In this document: in pieces, positions 10,495-22,700 of the stretch | Layout of the letters: each line of letters starts with the position of its first letter | Numbering within the stretch: position 1 is the stretch's first letter | Virus record (IMG/VR): IMGVR_UViG_3300024999_000029 | Span: 186,001 to 250,000 of that record | Reading direction: 5' to 3' (one strand) | Length of the DNA: 64,000 nt | Program-made: the position numbers and the translations under genes | The notes under the pieces: generated by a model | The model's database searches: none | What the model saw: the letters and a program-made list of their open reading frames with translations, nothing else | What the model was told of the DNA's origin: nothing

Positions 10495-11124
10495 TCAGTC
10501 TTTTATATGTTCGTTTATACACTCCTTACAAGTTGACCTGCTACATTCACCACAAAAAATTCCTTGAGGATTCCAACCTACTCCACCACCGTGACATCCA
10601 CCCACTTCATCAACAATATCTAATTTATCCGAGTCTTCACCTGCATTTTTACATTCTTTGCATACACTTGAACTTTTTATTGCTTCAGATTCAAAACAAC
10701 ATTGACATATATTCTTCTTATAATAATCATTATACCCATATTTATCTTTACAAGTTTCACATAGTGTTTTTAACCATCTACCCTTAGTTCTTAACTTTCC
10801 ATGTTCACCACAAATTTCACAAACATCATAACTTTTTTCTTCATATTTATGAACTATTTTATTAGCATCACCATAATAAGAACCAATATAAAAACACAAA
10901 GTCCCATACTTTTCTTTAATTTGTAAAACTCTTAGTGTGTTTATATCTTCATAAATACTTTTATAATATTCGTCTAATTCTTTACATAAATCATATATAA
11001 GTTGAAACCAACCATCATTGCACTCACAGGGATAACCAAATCCTAATTTTTCGTCATCCCATGCGTTACGTGCTTCAAACCAAGAAAAGCCTTGCATAAT
11101 TTTATTTTCTAATTTTTGATCCAT
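10495..11124 (-). CDS. conserved Cys-rich phage protein
   Basis: QIKEKYGTLCFY and CEICG motifs; several CxxC. Confidence 0.65.
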   Translation of the reverse strand: MDQKLENKIMQGFSWFEARNAWDDEKLGFGYPCECNDGWFQLIYDLCKELDEYYKSIYEDINTLRVLQIKEKYGTLCFYIGSYYGDANKIVHKYEEKSYDVCEICGEHGKLRTKGRWLKTLCETCKDKYGYNDYYKKNICQCCFESEAIKSSSVCKECKNAGEDSDKLDIVDEVGGCHGGGVGWNPQGIFCGECSRSTCKECINEHIKD

Positions 11125-11715
11125 TATTGACCTCCAAATAATGCATTCTACAAGCCATTTTAAGCCACTTTTATTTGATAGCCTGTATGATTTAACCTGC
11201 CGAAAATAGTTACAATTAATGATTTATTTCCTTTCTAATTTTTTCAATTAAATCTTTAATAATAACTGCTTTTTTATAGGTTTCATTAAAAATACATAGA
11301 CTATCTCCTTTTAATCAAAGTAATGTTTTAATTAATTTTCATCTTCTATAAGAACATACCTATAAGATTCAATTATAATTATACCTTCTGAACTTTCTCT
11401 TTCAACTTCTTTTATTATTTTATATTTTGCTTCTTCAATAAGAAGTGTATCTCCTACATTTACAACATGCATTTCATCCATTTTTCTATTCACCTAACTT
11501 TCAATCAAAGAAATATTTCTTTCATATTAATTTTCTACCACACATAGGACAGTAATTAATAATAATATCTCTAATTACATAATCCCTATCGCTAATTATA
11601 AGTTCCTCATTTTCTATTCCTATTTTATTATCCCATAAAAACTTAAAATCTTTATTTTTATCATCGCAATATTTACACATAATCCCTCCATATAAAAGCA
11701 ATATTCTATTAGGGT

Positions 11716-11988
11716 TTAAAGTATTTGAAGTCCAAGTCTTTTGTAAAAAGCAATAAGATTTTCAATATTAATACTATCTTCTCTTGGTTGTGCTTCAATT
11801 TGTATTTCTTTATCATATCCAGTTTCTTTGATTTCTTTTATAACCATCTGAATAAGCTTTTTTGCATGTCCTTTTTGTCGGTATTCTGGCTCAACATATA
11901 AATTGAAAATTATAGCAGTATCGTTGGCTTCGATAAAGTAGAAACAATATCCGTATTTATTATGAATAAAGTTTTCGTTTTCTTCCAT
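11716..11988 (-). CDS. GNAT family acetyltransferase
   Basis: LYVEPEYRQKGHA acetyl-CoA motif; FYKRLG. Confidence 0.8.
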   Translation of the reverse strand: MEENENFIHNKYGYCFYFIEANDTAIIFNLYVEPEYRQKGHAKKLIQMVIKEIKETGYDKEIQIEAQPREDSINIENLIAFYKRLGLQIL

Positions 11989-12606
11989 ACGTCATGTCAT
12001 CCATACTTTAAACGAACCTTTTGACGGTCTATTAGCAGTCATATATACGCCTTCACCAGCACCAAATTCTAACTTACTATCATCTGTACCTTTTGGATAG
12101 TATCGCATATTACATTCACTTACTACTTTTACTTCTCTTCCATATTCTTCTCTCACTGCACAAACAAAATCTTCTGTGGTTTTATACTCTGATTGTTTAC
12201 CAACAATCTCATTAGTTGGTTGTAATTGCATTAACCCTTTCATACTTTACCCCTTCCATGCTTCATATTATTTTAAGTTTCTGATAAAAACTATCTTTAT
12301 GCATTAGTAATTAGCTGAACTTTTATGCTAACATAAACGTCAATTGTATCGGCATTCATTTTAACTAAATTATGTATAACGTCATAAACAAAATAAGTTT
12401 CAGAGTCTAGCTTTATTGAATCCTTTATTCTTGGAATACTATTGGCATAATATTCTGCAACTGTTTTTCCTTTATTTGTTTCAATACTTATTTCGGTTAA
12501 ATTATCATAATTTTTCATATTAACCTCCCTTTTCATAAAATAGTAATTTTATCGTAAAATACGTTTCTGAACACCTACTCCCGCAAGGGTTTCAAAAATG
12601 AATATT

Positions 12607-13926
12607 TCAAATTAACCCTAATAACTTCTCTTTTATGTTTAATTCTGGGTTTTCAATAACTAACTCCAATAATTTAGTTAAAATTGTGCCTATGTCTTTT
12701 CCTTGCTTGTATCCTAACGCCATTAAATCATGCCCATTGATAGCCAAGTCTTTAACTGTTAGCGGTTGTTTTTCATCAATGATTCTTTTGCATTCTTCTT
12801 TAAGTTTTATTATTTCACTAAAGTCATATGGTGGCTTACTGCCTTTTATATCAGCTATTTGTAATTCGAATAATAAATCTAAGTTCTCAATGCCAACTCT
12901 ATTTATAAATCTTTTTATATTGCCAGTTCTTAAATGCTCAAACCTACTCATATGTTCTTTTACCAGTGTGCTTACTCTACCTATTGTTTCATTGTCAAAT
13001 TTTAGTCTTTTTAGAACTTCTTCTGCTATATCCATACTTCTCATATGATGTTGGTAGAAGTGACCATTTCCATTTTCGTCTATTGAGAATGTTTGTGGCT
13101 TTCCTATATCATGAAACAATGCTACAAGTCTAATTATTAAATTATTAGGAATATTATTAATAACGGCTAAAATGTGGTCAAATACGTTTTTATCATGATG
13201 CTCATTATGCTGATCAAAGTCCACGCAATCATATAGTTCGGGCAAAATTATTTCCAATAGTCCAGATATTTGCAACGTAACTAATCCAAATTTAGGGTGG
13301 TCACTTAATAAAATCTTGCATAATTCATCTCTAATTCTTTCCTGACTAATATTCTTAATTAAATTTTTGTTTGTCTTAATAGCCTCAAATGTCGAATATT
13401 CAATATTAAATCCTAATTGAGACGCAAATCTTATAGCCCTAATCATTCTGAGTGCATCCTCCCCAAATCTTTTATTAGGGCTTCCTACACATTTTATTTC
13501 TTTATTTTTTAAGTCTATTTGTCCTCCAAAATTGTCAACTAGCCCTATTCTTGGATTGTAAGCAATAGCATTAAAAGTAAAATCTCTCCTTGCTAAATCT
13601 TCTACTAAACTCGTTACAAACTTTACAACTTCTGGATGTCTATTGTCAAAATATCCTTCTTCGGTTCTATAAGTGGTTATTTCAAAGGATTCGCCACTAA
13701 TTAATACTGTTACTGTTCCATGTTTTAAACCAGTTGGGATAGTGTTGTCAAAAAGTTCCATTACAACTTCAGGAATAGCATTTGTGGCTATATCCCAGTC
13801 CTTTGGCTCTCTACCTAATAAACTATCTCTTACACAGCCGCCAACTACATAAGCTTCGAACCCACCATTATTCAAAGTTTTAATTATTTCTTCTACTTCT
13901 GCTGGAAGATTTATAATATATTTCAT
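12607..13926 (-). CDS. cca: CCA tRNA nucleotidyltransferase with HD domain
   Basis: VGGCVRD, DWD, RRDFTFNA, EDALRMIRAIRF, HDIGKP. Confidence 0.92.
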   Translation of the reverse strand: MKYIINLPAEVEEIIKTLNNGGFEAYVVGGCVRDSLLGREPKDWDIATNAIPEVVMELFDNTIPTGLKHGTVTVLISGESFEITTYRTEEGYFDNRHPEVVKFVTSLVEDLARRDFTFNAIAYNPRIGLVDNFGGQIDLKNKEIKCVGSPNKRFGEDALRMIRAIRFASQLGFNIEYSTFEAIKTNKNLIKNISQERIRDELCKILLSDHPKFGLVTLQISGLLEIILPELYDCVDFDQHNEHHDKNVFDHILAVINNIPNNLIIRLVALFHDIGKPQTFSIDENGNGHFYQHHMRSMDIAEEVLKRLKFDNETIGRVSTLVKEHMSRFEHLRTGNIKRFINRVGIENLDLLFELQIADIKGSKPPYDFSEIIKLKEECKRIIDEKQPLTVKDLAINGHDLMALGYKQGKDIGTILTKLLELVIENPELNIKEKLLGLI

Positions 13927-13928
13927 AT

Positions 13929-14753
13929 TTAAACTTCTCCTTTATATCTAAATTCTTTAAAATACATTACTTCTGCTTCTTTTCTTATTTTAACAGCTTC
14001 TTCAAAACTATTAAAATATCCTAAATGTATTCGTTCACCATCAATACATATTCCTGAGTGCCAATCTCCTCTTTCTTTTACAAAACGAACACCAGTTACA
14101 CCACTTGTATTATGTTTTCTTAATCCTTTATTTTGTTCATTTTGACTTCTGGTTGAAGACCTCAAGTTTTTATACAAGTTGTTTAATTTATTTCCATCTT
14201 TATGATCTACCTCTAATTCTTTTTCATCAATATTTAATATTAATGAATGTAAATGTATAAAATTACCCTTATAGTTATTTGTTGCAACATATCCATTATC
14301 TTTTAAATACCATTTAATATCTTTTATTAAATTAATATATTTTAAGTCTATTTTTGTTCTTGCTATTTCTTGGCTTTGGTAATCATATAAAACAATTTCT
14401 GCATAATTCTCATATGTAATTATTTCATTATTATCATGAATAGTCCTATCGAAGATAAAACCAAATTGGTTCATTTGAGATATATGTTTTTTACATAAAT
14501 ATATAGAATTTTTATATAAATATAAGCTTTTATCTCCACAAATTTCACAAAATTTCCAACTATCATTAAAATTCAGTCTTGCACTTTTTCCTTTTATTTC
14601 AATTGCTTTCTTATCATATTCTTTTGCGGCTTCTAATTCATCCTCAAAATAACCTACATAATATCTTTTATTTTTATAAAAAACATGTACAACCCATTTG
14701 TTATAAGGATAGTACCATGTCACTCCTCTATATTGAGATTTTTTATCACTCAC
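13929..14753 (-). CDS. AP2-HNH-AP2 homing endonuclease
   Basis: N- and C-terminal AP2 motifs (YRGV...GYF...AA); VDHKDGNKLNN HNH. Confidence 0.8.
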   Translation of the reverse strand: MSDKKSQYRGVTWYYPYNKWVVHVFYKNKRYYVGYFEDELEAAKEYDKKAIEIKGKSARLNFNDSWKFCEICGDKSLYLYKNSIYLCKKHISQMNQFGFIFDRTIHDNNEIITYENYAEIVLYDYQSQEIARTKIDLKYINLIKDIKWYLKDNGYVATNNYKGNFIHLHSLILNIDEKELEVDHKDGNKLNNLYKNLRSSTRSQNEQNKGLRKHNTSGVTGVRFVKERGDWHSGICIDGERIHLGYFNSFEEAVKIRKEAEVMYFKEFRYKGEV

Positions 14754-15754
14754 TAAAAATACCTTCCTTCATAAATACTAATAATCAAATCATTTATTGC
14801 TTGAAAATCTGGATTATCTGGTAATACTGTATGTTGGCAAGCATATTTAAATTTATTTTCATATTCATCAATTATTTGAAATATTTGATCATAATTATAT
14901 TTTCCATTTCTAATTTCCAATAAAAAATCTTTATCATTTTCCCTGTATGTATTAACACCTTCTCCTTCTAGTATTTCTGAACCCATTATTAATAACCTAA
15001 TTAAATGCATAGAATGTTTCAATAATCCCTCGGTTGATTTCTTCCTATTTCTATGATTTAATTTGGAATAATCCTTAATTACATTACTCATCTCTGAATA
15101 AACGCACTTCAAATCTCTCAAAGGATAATGTTTAAGATCAATATCTATAAAAATCTCAGTTTCAAAGTCTTCTTTTTTTGAATCAGCAATGTATAGATTA
15201 ATTTGCTCTCCTGTAAATTCGGCATAATTTCTTTGTAAATGCTCCATTTGAGTCTTAATGCTGTTCAAAATGTGCTTTTCTTTTTCTGGTTGAGGGTATT
15301 CATCTCTAGCCAACGCATTCTGAAGTCTTCTAAGTTGTGCCATTGCGTATCCACCAAAGCTATGTATTGCTCTTTTAGATAAAAACAAATCGAGATTATC
15401 TCTTAGTAACTTTCCCTCTTCGGTTATCATAAATAAATGTTCTGGTTTAGTACCTAATATTTCAATTGTATTTGGATTACAATTCAATAGTAAGCCAATT
15501 ATTTTTCTCAAAGCATAAATAGTAGTATCAGTAGCTTGGTTTTCAAATACTTCAAAATTAGACAATCCTAAAACATCTTGTTTTCTTTCCAATGTGATGC
15601 CCCTTATGTCTAAATCAGACGTTTCAACGTCAGTTCCATAAGCATGAGAACCACCAACTGTTAGAAGTAATATATTATCTTTTAAATGCTCGTTTGTTCT
15701 CAAAAAATCATATTGTTCAGATATTAATAGTTCCTTTATTTGTTCTGTGTTCAT
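14753..15754 (-). CDS. predicted nucleotidyltransferase (YcgL/RlaP-like)
   Basis: GGSHAYGT...SDLDIRG, NPNTIE, KHSMHLIRL. Confidence 0.8.
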   Translation of the reverse strand: MNTEQIKELLISEQYDFLRTNEHLKDNILLLTVGGSHAYGTDVETSDLDIRGITLERKQDVLGLSNFEVFENQATDTTIYALRKIIGLLLNCNPNTIEILGTKPEHLFMITEEGKLLRDNLDLFLSKRAIHSFGGYAMAQLRRLQNALARDEYPQPEKEKHILNSIKTQMEHLQRNYAEFTGEQINLYIADSKKEDFETEIFIDIDLKHYPLRDLKCVYSEMSNVIKDYSKLNHRNRKKSTEGLLKHSMHLIRLLIMGSEILEGEGVNTYRENDKDFLLEIRNGKYNYDQIFQIIDEYENKFKYACQHTVLPDNPDFQAINDLIISIYEGRYF

Positions 15755-16568
15755 AATTCACCTCCAAATTTTAAATCAATTAATGTTTTTGCTTAAATTT
15801 CTTTTAATATATAAGATTCTATATCATCTAATATTTCAAATTGCCATTCAGAAAAATCATTATGTTTTCCATACCTTCTACATAAATCCACTTTTGCAAG
15901 AACAACATCTCTTTGGAAATCATCAAATTTATATTTTGTTTGCCAATCATTACAAGAAATAATAACTTCATTTATTTTACGTCTATTTCTGTCCCACCAA
16001 TCTATACCTGTAGGAACATCTAATTCTTCAAATAACTTAAATTTTTTTATCATACTATCCTCCTAACTTATTAAAATGATGCTTTTATTTAATCTAATCT
16101 TCAAATATTCTTTCAAGAACCACATCGCTACACTCCACGCATTCGTAAACAATACATTCCGCTCCATGACTATCTTGAATTGTTCCTCGCAATTCTATCA
16201 TTGGTATTGGACATCCACATTCTTGACAAATCATTTTTTTATCTCCTTAATTTACAATAATATCTACCTTTTATCGTTTTACTATATCTGTATAAATAAT
16301 TTCATCAGTATAACACTCATTATAATCATACCTTTTTGTTAAATAATAATCAAAATCACTTTCATTGAAAGCATCAAATAATGATACCGCTTCAAGATAT
16401 TTGAACGGATATTTTTCTTCTAATCGATACATAAATTCCCTTAAATTTTCTCTACCATCCTTCATTTCGGATAATAAATCTATTAAATCTAAAAACTTCA
16501 TAACTTTAATTCCAATTTCTCTACATTCTCTATATGTCATTTTATCTCCTTATAAACCATTCATTTTA

Positions 16569-17045
16569 TTAAAAACCATATACTCCACGCCTGATTTCTT
16601 TATACATAATATCTTTATTGTTATTATTTTTTGTATAAAATTCTTTAGTCTTTTTAAATTCAGCCAAAGAATAAAAATCATCCGTTTTACAAAACCAAAT
16701 ATCAAAATAAGTATCGCATTTATACACTATGGAAATATCCGTTGATATAAAAAATGTCTGAATCTCTTCATCAGGAAATTTTATCAATATCCCCTCATCT
16801 ACTTCTAAAATCAATAACTTACTCAGTAATTCCTCAAATTCTTCATTGGTTTTATATGGCTCATCATCAATATCAAAGCCCGAAAATCCATACATTACAT
16901 CATTAGTATCTTTCTTTATATTTCTTAAAGCATTTCTCCATACCTCGGCTAATTCTTCTGTTTCACATATAATTACCGTATTTTTAGTTAACTGTGGAGC
17001 TTCGATTTCTAAATTTCCAATATTAAAATCTATTTGTTCTAACAT
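16569..17045 (-). CDS. degenerate ABC/AAA_21 (RloA-like) ATPase C-terminal fragment
   Basis: FISTD...DIWFCK...YSLAEFK...IRRGVYG parallels FTTH...QIWFVEK...YSLSDFK...YLLGRYG; no Walker A. Confidence 0.45.
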   Translation of the reverse strand: MLEQIDFNIGNLEIEAPQLTKNTVIICETEELAEVWRNALRNIKKDTNDVMYGFSGFDIDDEPYKTNEEFEELLSKLLILEVDEGILIKFPDEEIQTFFISTDISIVYKCDTYFDIWFCKTDDFYSLAEFKKTKEFYTKNNNNKDIMYKEIRRGVYGF

Positions 17046-17063
17046 AATTTCACCTCTTTTAAT

Positions 17064-17546
17064 TTAATTACTTGCAACTTGATTTATTAGATAAGTCATT
17101 CTATCTAGATGATTATCTGATTTTATTTTAGTCTCAGTTTTATTAACTTTATTAAGATGAAATACATTACGCCCTTTATTTAATACTTTCGGAGTATATT
17201 TTCTGTGTATTTGTCTATCGTTTAATTTTCTGACGCTATATTTCAACTCAGATATTTTTGGTTTTATCACTGTGAGATGATTTATGAAATTCAAAGCTTC
17301 AATTTCATTTTTAACTTTTCTTCTCTCTATCATTATCTCTTGAATTTGTTTTGAATATTTATATCCGCTGCAAGCATCCATCCCAATATGGTTTTCAATA
17401 AAATGTTCAACATCAGATCTCTTTCTATCACAAATACTTAGCTGCTCCCGTAAATCTAATATATTCATATTAATATTTTCTGAAAGTTCTTCGATTCTTA
17501 AAGACAATCTATCTAATACTCCAATAGCAATACACATTTTCTCCAC
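17064..17546 (-). CDS. hypothetical coiled-coil phage protein
   Basis: 160-aa ORF. Confidence 0.65.
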   Translation of the reverse strand: MEKMCIAIGVLDRLSLRIEELSENINMNILDLREQLSICDRKRSDVEHFIENHIGMDACSGYKYSKQIQEIMIERRKVKNEIEALNFINHLTVIKPKISELKYSVRKLNDRQIHRKYTPKVLNKGRNVFHLNKVNKTETKIKSDNHLDRMTYLINQVASN

Positions 17547-17589
17547 CCCTTTTATATTTTATTTTATCATTTGTTTTAAAACCTTAATT

Positions 17590-18096
17590 TTATAGTGTTA
17601 ATTTATTCAACTGTTCCGCTAAACATTTACATTCGTCAATACAATAATCTAACGTTCTGATTATTCCACGTGTAGGATACATCATTTCAATTTTTTTCAC
17701 TTCTTCATTTTCTATCGCACTTAAATCTTTAGCATCATCACAATGAGCGCAATCATATCCAAACCACCATAAGTCAGACTCTATTGGATATGTAGATTTT
17801 TCTCCTCCACCAGAATATGTGATTCCTCCATGCACATCAACGTAACAATCAATACGAACAGAAGAATCATCATTTAAATCTTCAAAAGCTAATGATATAA
17901 TATTTATTGGGTTCATTTTTTCAGTTGATTTATTTTTTATATCTGAGAACTTACCAATCCTATCTGAATAATCTTTTCCGTATAAAACATATTCCTTTGA
18001 TAGTCCCACATATCCGCAACGATGTCCCATAGTTGTCATAACTACAACACATTTTAAGCCTTCGTGTTCAAATTCACTCTCTACTTTGTATCCCAT
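17590..18096 (-). CDS. conserved phage protein (RCGYV / VHGGITY / GYDCAH motifs)
   Basis: Recurring phage motif set, function unknown. Confidence 0.7.
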   Translation of the reverse strand: MGYKVESEFEHEGLKCVVVMTTMGHRCGYVGLSKEYVLYGKDYSDRIGKFSDIKNKSTEKMNPINIISLAFEDLNDDSSVRIDCYVDVHGGITYSGGGEKSTYPIESDLWWFGYDCAHCDDAKDLSAIENEEVKKIEMMYPTRGIIRTLDYCIDECKCLAEQLNKLTL

Positions 18097-19005
18097 TATA
18101 AATCTCCTTTGTTTTATATTTTTAATAAAAATTCTATTTTATAATATTAAACGTTACAAATATCAAAATAGTTATTGTTGGTATGGTAAACCAACTTTGT
18201 TTTATATTAAGTCTTTCTGGAGATAGTATTAATATGCCAATATGTACAAGAATACTTATTATCGAACACTCTAGCCAGTTCATATTACCTCCTTTTAAAA
18301 TCTATTAATTGCCTCTTTTAAATCCTTCATATCTTCCTCTGTTAATATAATTTCTTGAAATCTATGTGTTCCATGTCTTAATATATACCATATAGTTTTA
18401 AATCGGTTCTTTAATTTTGATAAGAATCCTTCTTGTTCAGTATAGTGAGCATCGATACTTATATCCATATAATATTCTAATGGTTCTTCTCCATCGAAAA
18501 GCTTTCCAATTCCTATTGATTCTGTTCCGCAATCACATCTTATTGCTATTCTTGTATTATTTTTGTCTGTTAATATCATTTTATTTCTCCATTCTTAGAT
18601 TCTTAATCTCCAATAATTTTTATTGCAACTTCAGCAACACCCTTGGCTGGCTCACAAGCACTTATTTTACAATAATCCAATGCTTGTTTTGCTTGTAAAA
18701 GCAGATATTTATATACTGACACTTCATACAGTAGGTAATTTTCTAATGCAATTCCTGCTTCTCTTGTTTTATTAGATTCTTTTTTATTAAATCTACACCA
18801 ATCAGGAGATTTTCTTATATCTTTTCTACATAAACCACGACCCGCTGCTTTAGCAAAATCATTAAAATCAGGATTTTCAGAATCCATACAAAAACCTCTT
18901 ACGCCAAACATTTTATATCTCAAAGATGTACCTTCAAAATTATTTTTCTGAAAAAACATACATTTTTTACAATTCATTTATTTCCCCCCTCTTTTCAAAT
19001 AAATC

Positions 19006-19440
19006 TTAGATTTTAATTAATTCTGGATTATCGTATATATTGCCAATTACTTCAATCCCACAACCAACGCTACTATAAAAATGATTTATATCTAATGGAT
19101 ATAACATATCAGCCTTTTTATTTGTCGTACAAAATCCACCTTCTATAAATTGTATTCTAAATATTTGAGGATCCCAATCCTTTGCTTTTACTATGTCATC
19201 CTCAAATATCTTCGCATCATTTTTGTCTTTTAGCCCTATGTATTGCGCTACAGTTTCAGGAATTACTTCATAAACACAGTGATTCATTGAGATACAATGT
19301 CTTTGTTTTCCTGTTAAGAAAAACCATCCGTCTTCTGGGTTTGAACCAGTAGCTTCGTCTGTGAGTGGAGTAATAAAATAATATCCATATACCCACTGAC
19401 CATTATCAACTCTTTTACCTCTAAAAATTTTGTCCCGCAT
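19006..19440 (-). CDS. yopX: YopX family protein
   Basis: IFRGKRVDNGQWVYG...QYIGLKDKN...IFEDDIV...EVIGNIYDNPEL; start moved to the ATG at 19440, which has a GGAGG RBS. Confidence 0.85.
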   Translation of the reverse strand: MRDKIFRGKRVDNGQWVYGYYFITPLTDEATGSNPEDGWFFLTGKQRHCISMNHCVYEVIPETVAQYIGLKDKNDAKIFEDDIVKAKDWDPQIFRIQFIEGGFCTTNKKADMLYPLDINHFYSSVGCGIEVIGNIYDNPELIKI

Positions 19441-19760
19441 ATACCCTCCAATCTCAATAATACTCGTATTTGACTTAAATATTTTCAAGTGATTTTTTAT
19501 ATTTTTCTATTTGTTCAGTTGTCATTTTATCAAAATCAGGTGTAGGTATTTCTAACTTTCGTGCCATCATCATTGATAACCCTGTTTGTATACTCCTGTG
19601 CAAATCGTCTACTGACATATTCATGTTTTTTAGCTCTAAACTTCTTTTCATTTTGTGCCCCGCTTTTATATTTTGTATTCTTTACAGTTATTATATTACC
19701 AAACTTTGGGTTTGGTGTCAACATTTATTTTATATTTTACTTGATTGGAATTTGAGATGA

Positions 19761-22700
19761 TTACTTAATCATCTCAATAAACTCTTCTTCAGTTATTATT
19801 GGCACATTTAATGCTTTGGCTGCTTTATTCTTAGATGAACTAGATGTATTATCATTATTGATTAAGTATGATGTTCTTGCGCTCACCGAGCTAGAGCATT
19901 TGCCACCAAGTTCTTCAATTTTACTTTGTAATTCTTTTCTATTGGTAAAGTGGTTTACATCTCCAGTTATAACAAATATTTTACCTTCTAATTTGTTTGA
20001 AGTATTGGTTTGTATAGGATTATTGATTGAGATATAGTCTAATAATATGTTAACTTGATTCAAATTTTCAGCATTACTGAAGTAATTATTAACAGCTTGA
20101 GCTGTGATATCTCCAAAATCCTCTATTTGAGTTAAGTCATAATGATTATCAATTGCTCCAAAGAACTTATTAATATCATTATTAAAGTGTTTTGATAATC
20201 TTTTTGCTCCACCTAGTCCTATCTGATTAACTCCTAGAGCATAGATTAATCTGTAAAGTTCTATTGTTTTTGATTTTTCAATGGCAGCAATTAGATTATT
20301 ATAAGATTTAACTCCGAACCCATCCATAATGACTATTTCTTTCTTATATTGCTCTAATTTATAGATATCGTGGAAGTCTTTTATGAATCCTTTATCGATA
20401 AACTTTTCAATTGTTGCTTCACTCAATCCTTCAACATCCATCGCATCTTTGGAACAAAAATGTACGAATTTGTTTACTATTTTTGAAGGACAGTTTTCAT
20501 TTTCACAAAATAAAAATTTTGCTTCTTTTGGAGTTTTGATTACAATTTCACTTCCACATGAAGGACATTTCATATCAATTTTATATGTTCCTGAACGTGT
20601 TAGATTTTCTTCAATCTGAGGTATTACTGCATTAGCACGATAAACAGTAACAGTATCACCTATACCTAACTCTAGATATTTAAATATATCATAATTATGC
20701 AAACTTGCCTTTGATACATTTACGCCATCTATATCAACTTCGTCGAAAAATCCTGTTATAGATACCATTCCAGTCCTTGTAGTATTTAATTTAACACCTC
20801 TAAATATTGTTTCACTACTATCATCATTCCATTTTAAGGCGTATAAGGCTTTACTGTGGTGTCCTGTAACCCCTTGTGATTTACCATATTCAATATTATT
20901 AAATTCAATAATTAAACCATCAGTAAGATATGATAACTTTTTAATATTTTTATTAAACAAATTAACCGATTCAACAATAATACTCCTATCTACAATTTGA
21001 TAAAAAACAACATCAATCCCCAACGATTCTAAAAAATGGAATTGGTCATTCTTAAATTCAAAATCCTTATCACATTTAACAATCCCAAAAGCAATAAATA
21101 TTAAATTTCTTTTCTTTGTAATTCTAGCATCTAACTGTCTTACGCTTCCTGCTGCTAGATTTCTAGGGTTCGAATAAGTTTTTTCGCCATTTATAATTAA
21201 ATCATTATTAACTTTTTCAAAATTTTCAAAGGTAACTAACCCTTCTCCTCGAATTTCCAAATATCCGCTATAATCAATTTTAAGCGGAACATTAGCAAAC
21301 GTCTTAACTGTATGCGTTACATCCTCTCCTTCTTCTCCTCCGCCTCTGGTTAAACATTTTTCTAATTTCCCATTATTATATCTTAATACTATTGTGCAAT
21401 TATGAACCGCAAAACCCTCAATAATATATGTATGATCCTTTTCGATTTCAATATCATAAGCTGTAAGATGTTTAGCTAAACCGCTTTCACCTTTTAGTAT
21501 TACAAGTTGTTTATTTTCTTTTACTTCATTTTCAGTTAATCCCATTTTTCCAATGTCTTCCCACCATTTTATTTCTTCGGCATTTTGCCATTTATCTTTT
21601 AATCCTAATTTATAAGGTCTTATTTCTTTTGGGATATATGGAGCAATTAAATCGAAAAATATTTCTGTGCCATCGGTTAAAATGTCTATTACTGCTCCAC
21701 TACCTTCTGTTTTTAATTCTCTTTCAATTCTAATAGTATTATTTATATTGTACTTATTAATTAAAAAATCACTTAATCTTTTTACATCTTCAATCTTGTG
21801 TCTATATGTAGAAAATCCTGCTCTAACTTTAATATTTTTTGTTCTGTCATAGCCATCATCTTGACATGCTGCTTTTGAACCATCATCTTGACATGCTGCT
21901 TTTGAACCATCATCCATATAATATATAGCCAATGCTAAAGGTGTTATTAAACTTAAAATTTCTTCAGTAAAAGTATATCCAGTTCTTAAAATATTATCTT
22001 TATTATCCATTTCTTTAGGAATATTTTTAAGTGTATTTATAAAGATAGTATCTATTTCACTATTATATCCAGAAATACTTTTTCTCGGTTTCCCTAATTT
22101 ATCAACAAACAAACTATTATATTTTTGTAATAATATATTATAAGGATGTTTATTGACTTTACTGTATCTAAACTCTACGCCATTAACGTCCTTATACCTT
22201 TTGATAGCACATCCGTCACCTAGGCAAGTTCCTATCAATACAGATTGTTGACTTGGAGATAATATATAATCATATGTATAAATTTTATCACCTTCTACAA
22301 CATTCTTTACTTCTTTCCATCCATCTATTGTAAGGAATTTATGATTATTAGTTACGTGGACTGAATCACGATTATTTGTTTTGCAGTTATAAATTCCCAG
22401 TCTCCTCCATTGTTCAATAGGTTTTCTACCATTATTATAAATATTTAATACTTTATTATGATCAATTTCTTTTGTATTTTCATTAAATGATAATACTTTA
22501 TCTCCTATTTTAATATCTTTAATTTTTTTCTTTGTGCCATTAGCCATATATACCTTCATATTTCCACTGAAACAACCGTCTAATTTCCATGATAAAATAC
22601 ACTCTTGGTTTCCCATAAATTTAATTACATCATTAATATCTTTTGATTTTTCAGCAGACAACATTGACTCAGAATGTTTTACTTTTTGTAGAAAATCAAC

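Noticed and set aside
12563-12598. TTTGAAACC...GGTTTCAAA-like element, similar to 59709-59742
   Set aside because: Only two loosely similar copies; cannot distinguish a binding site from ordinary hairpins.
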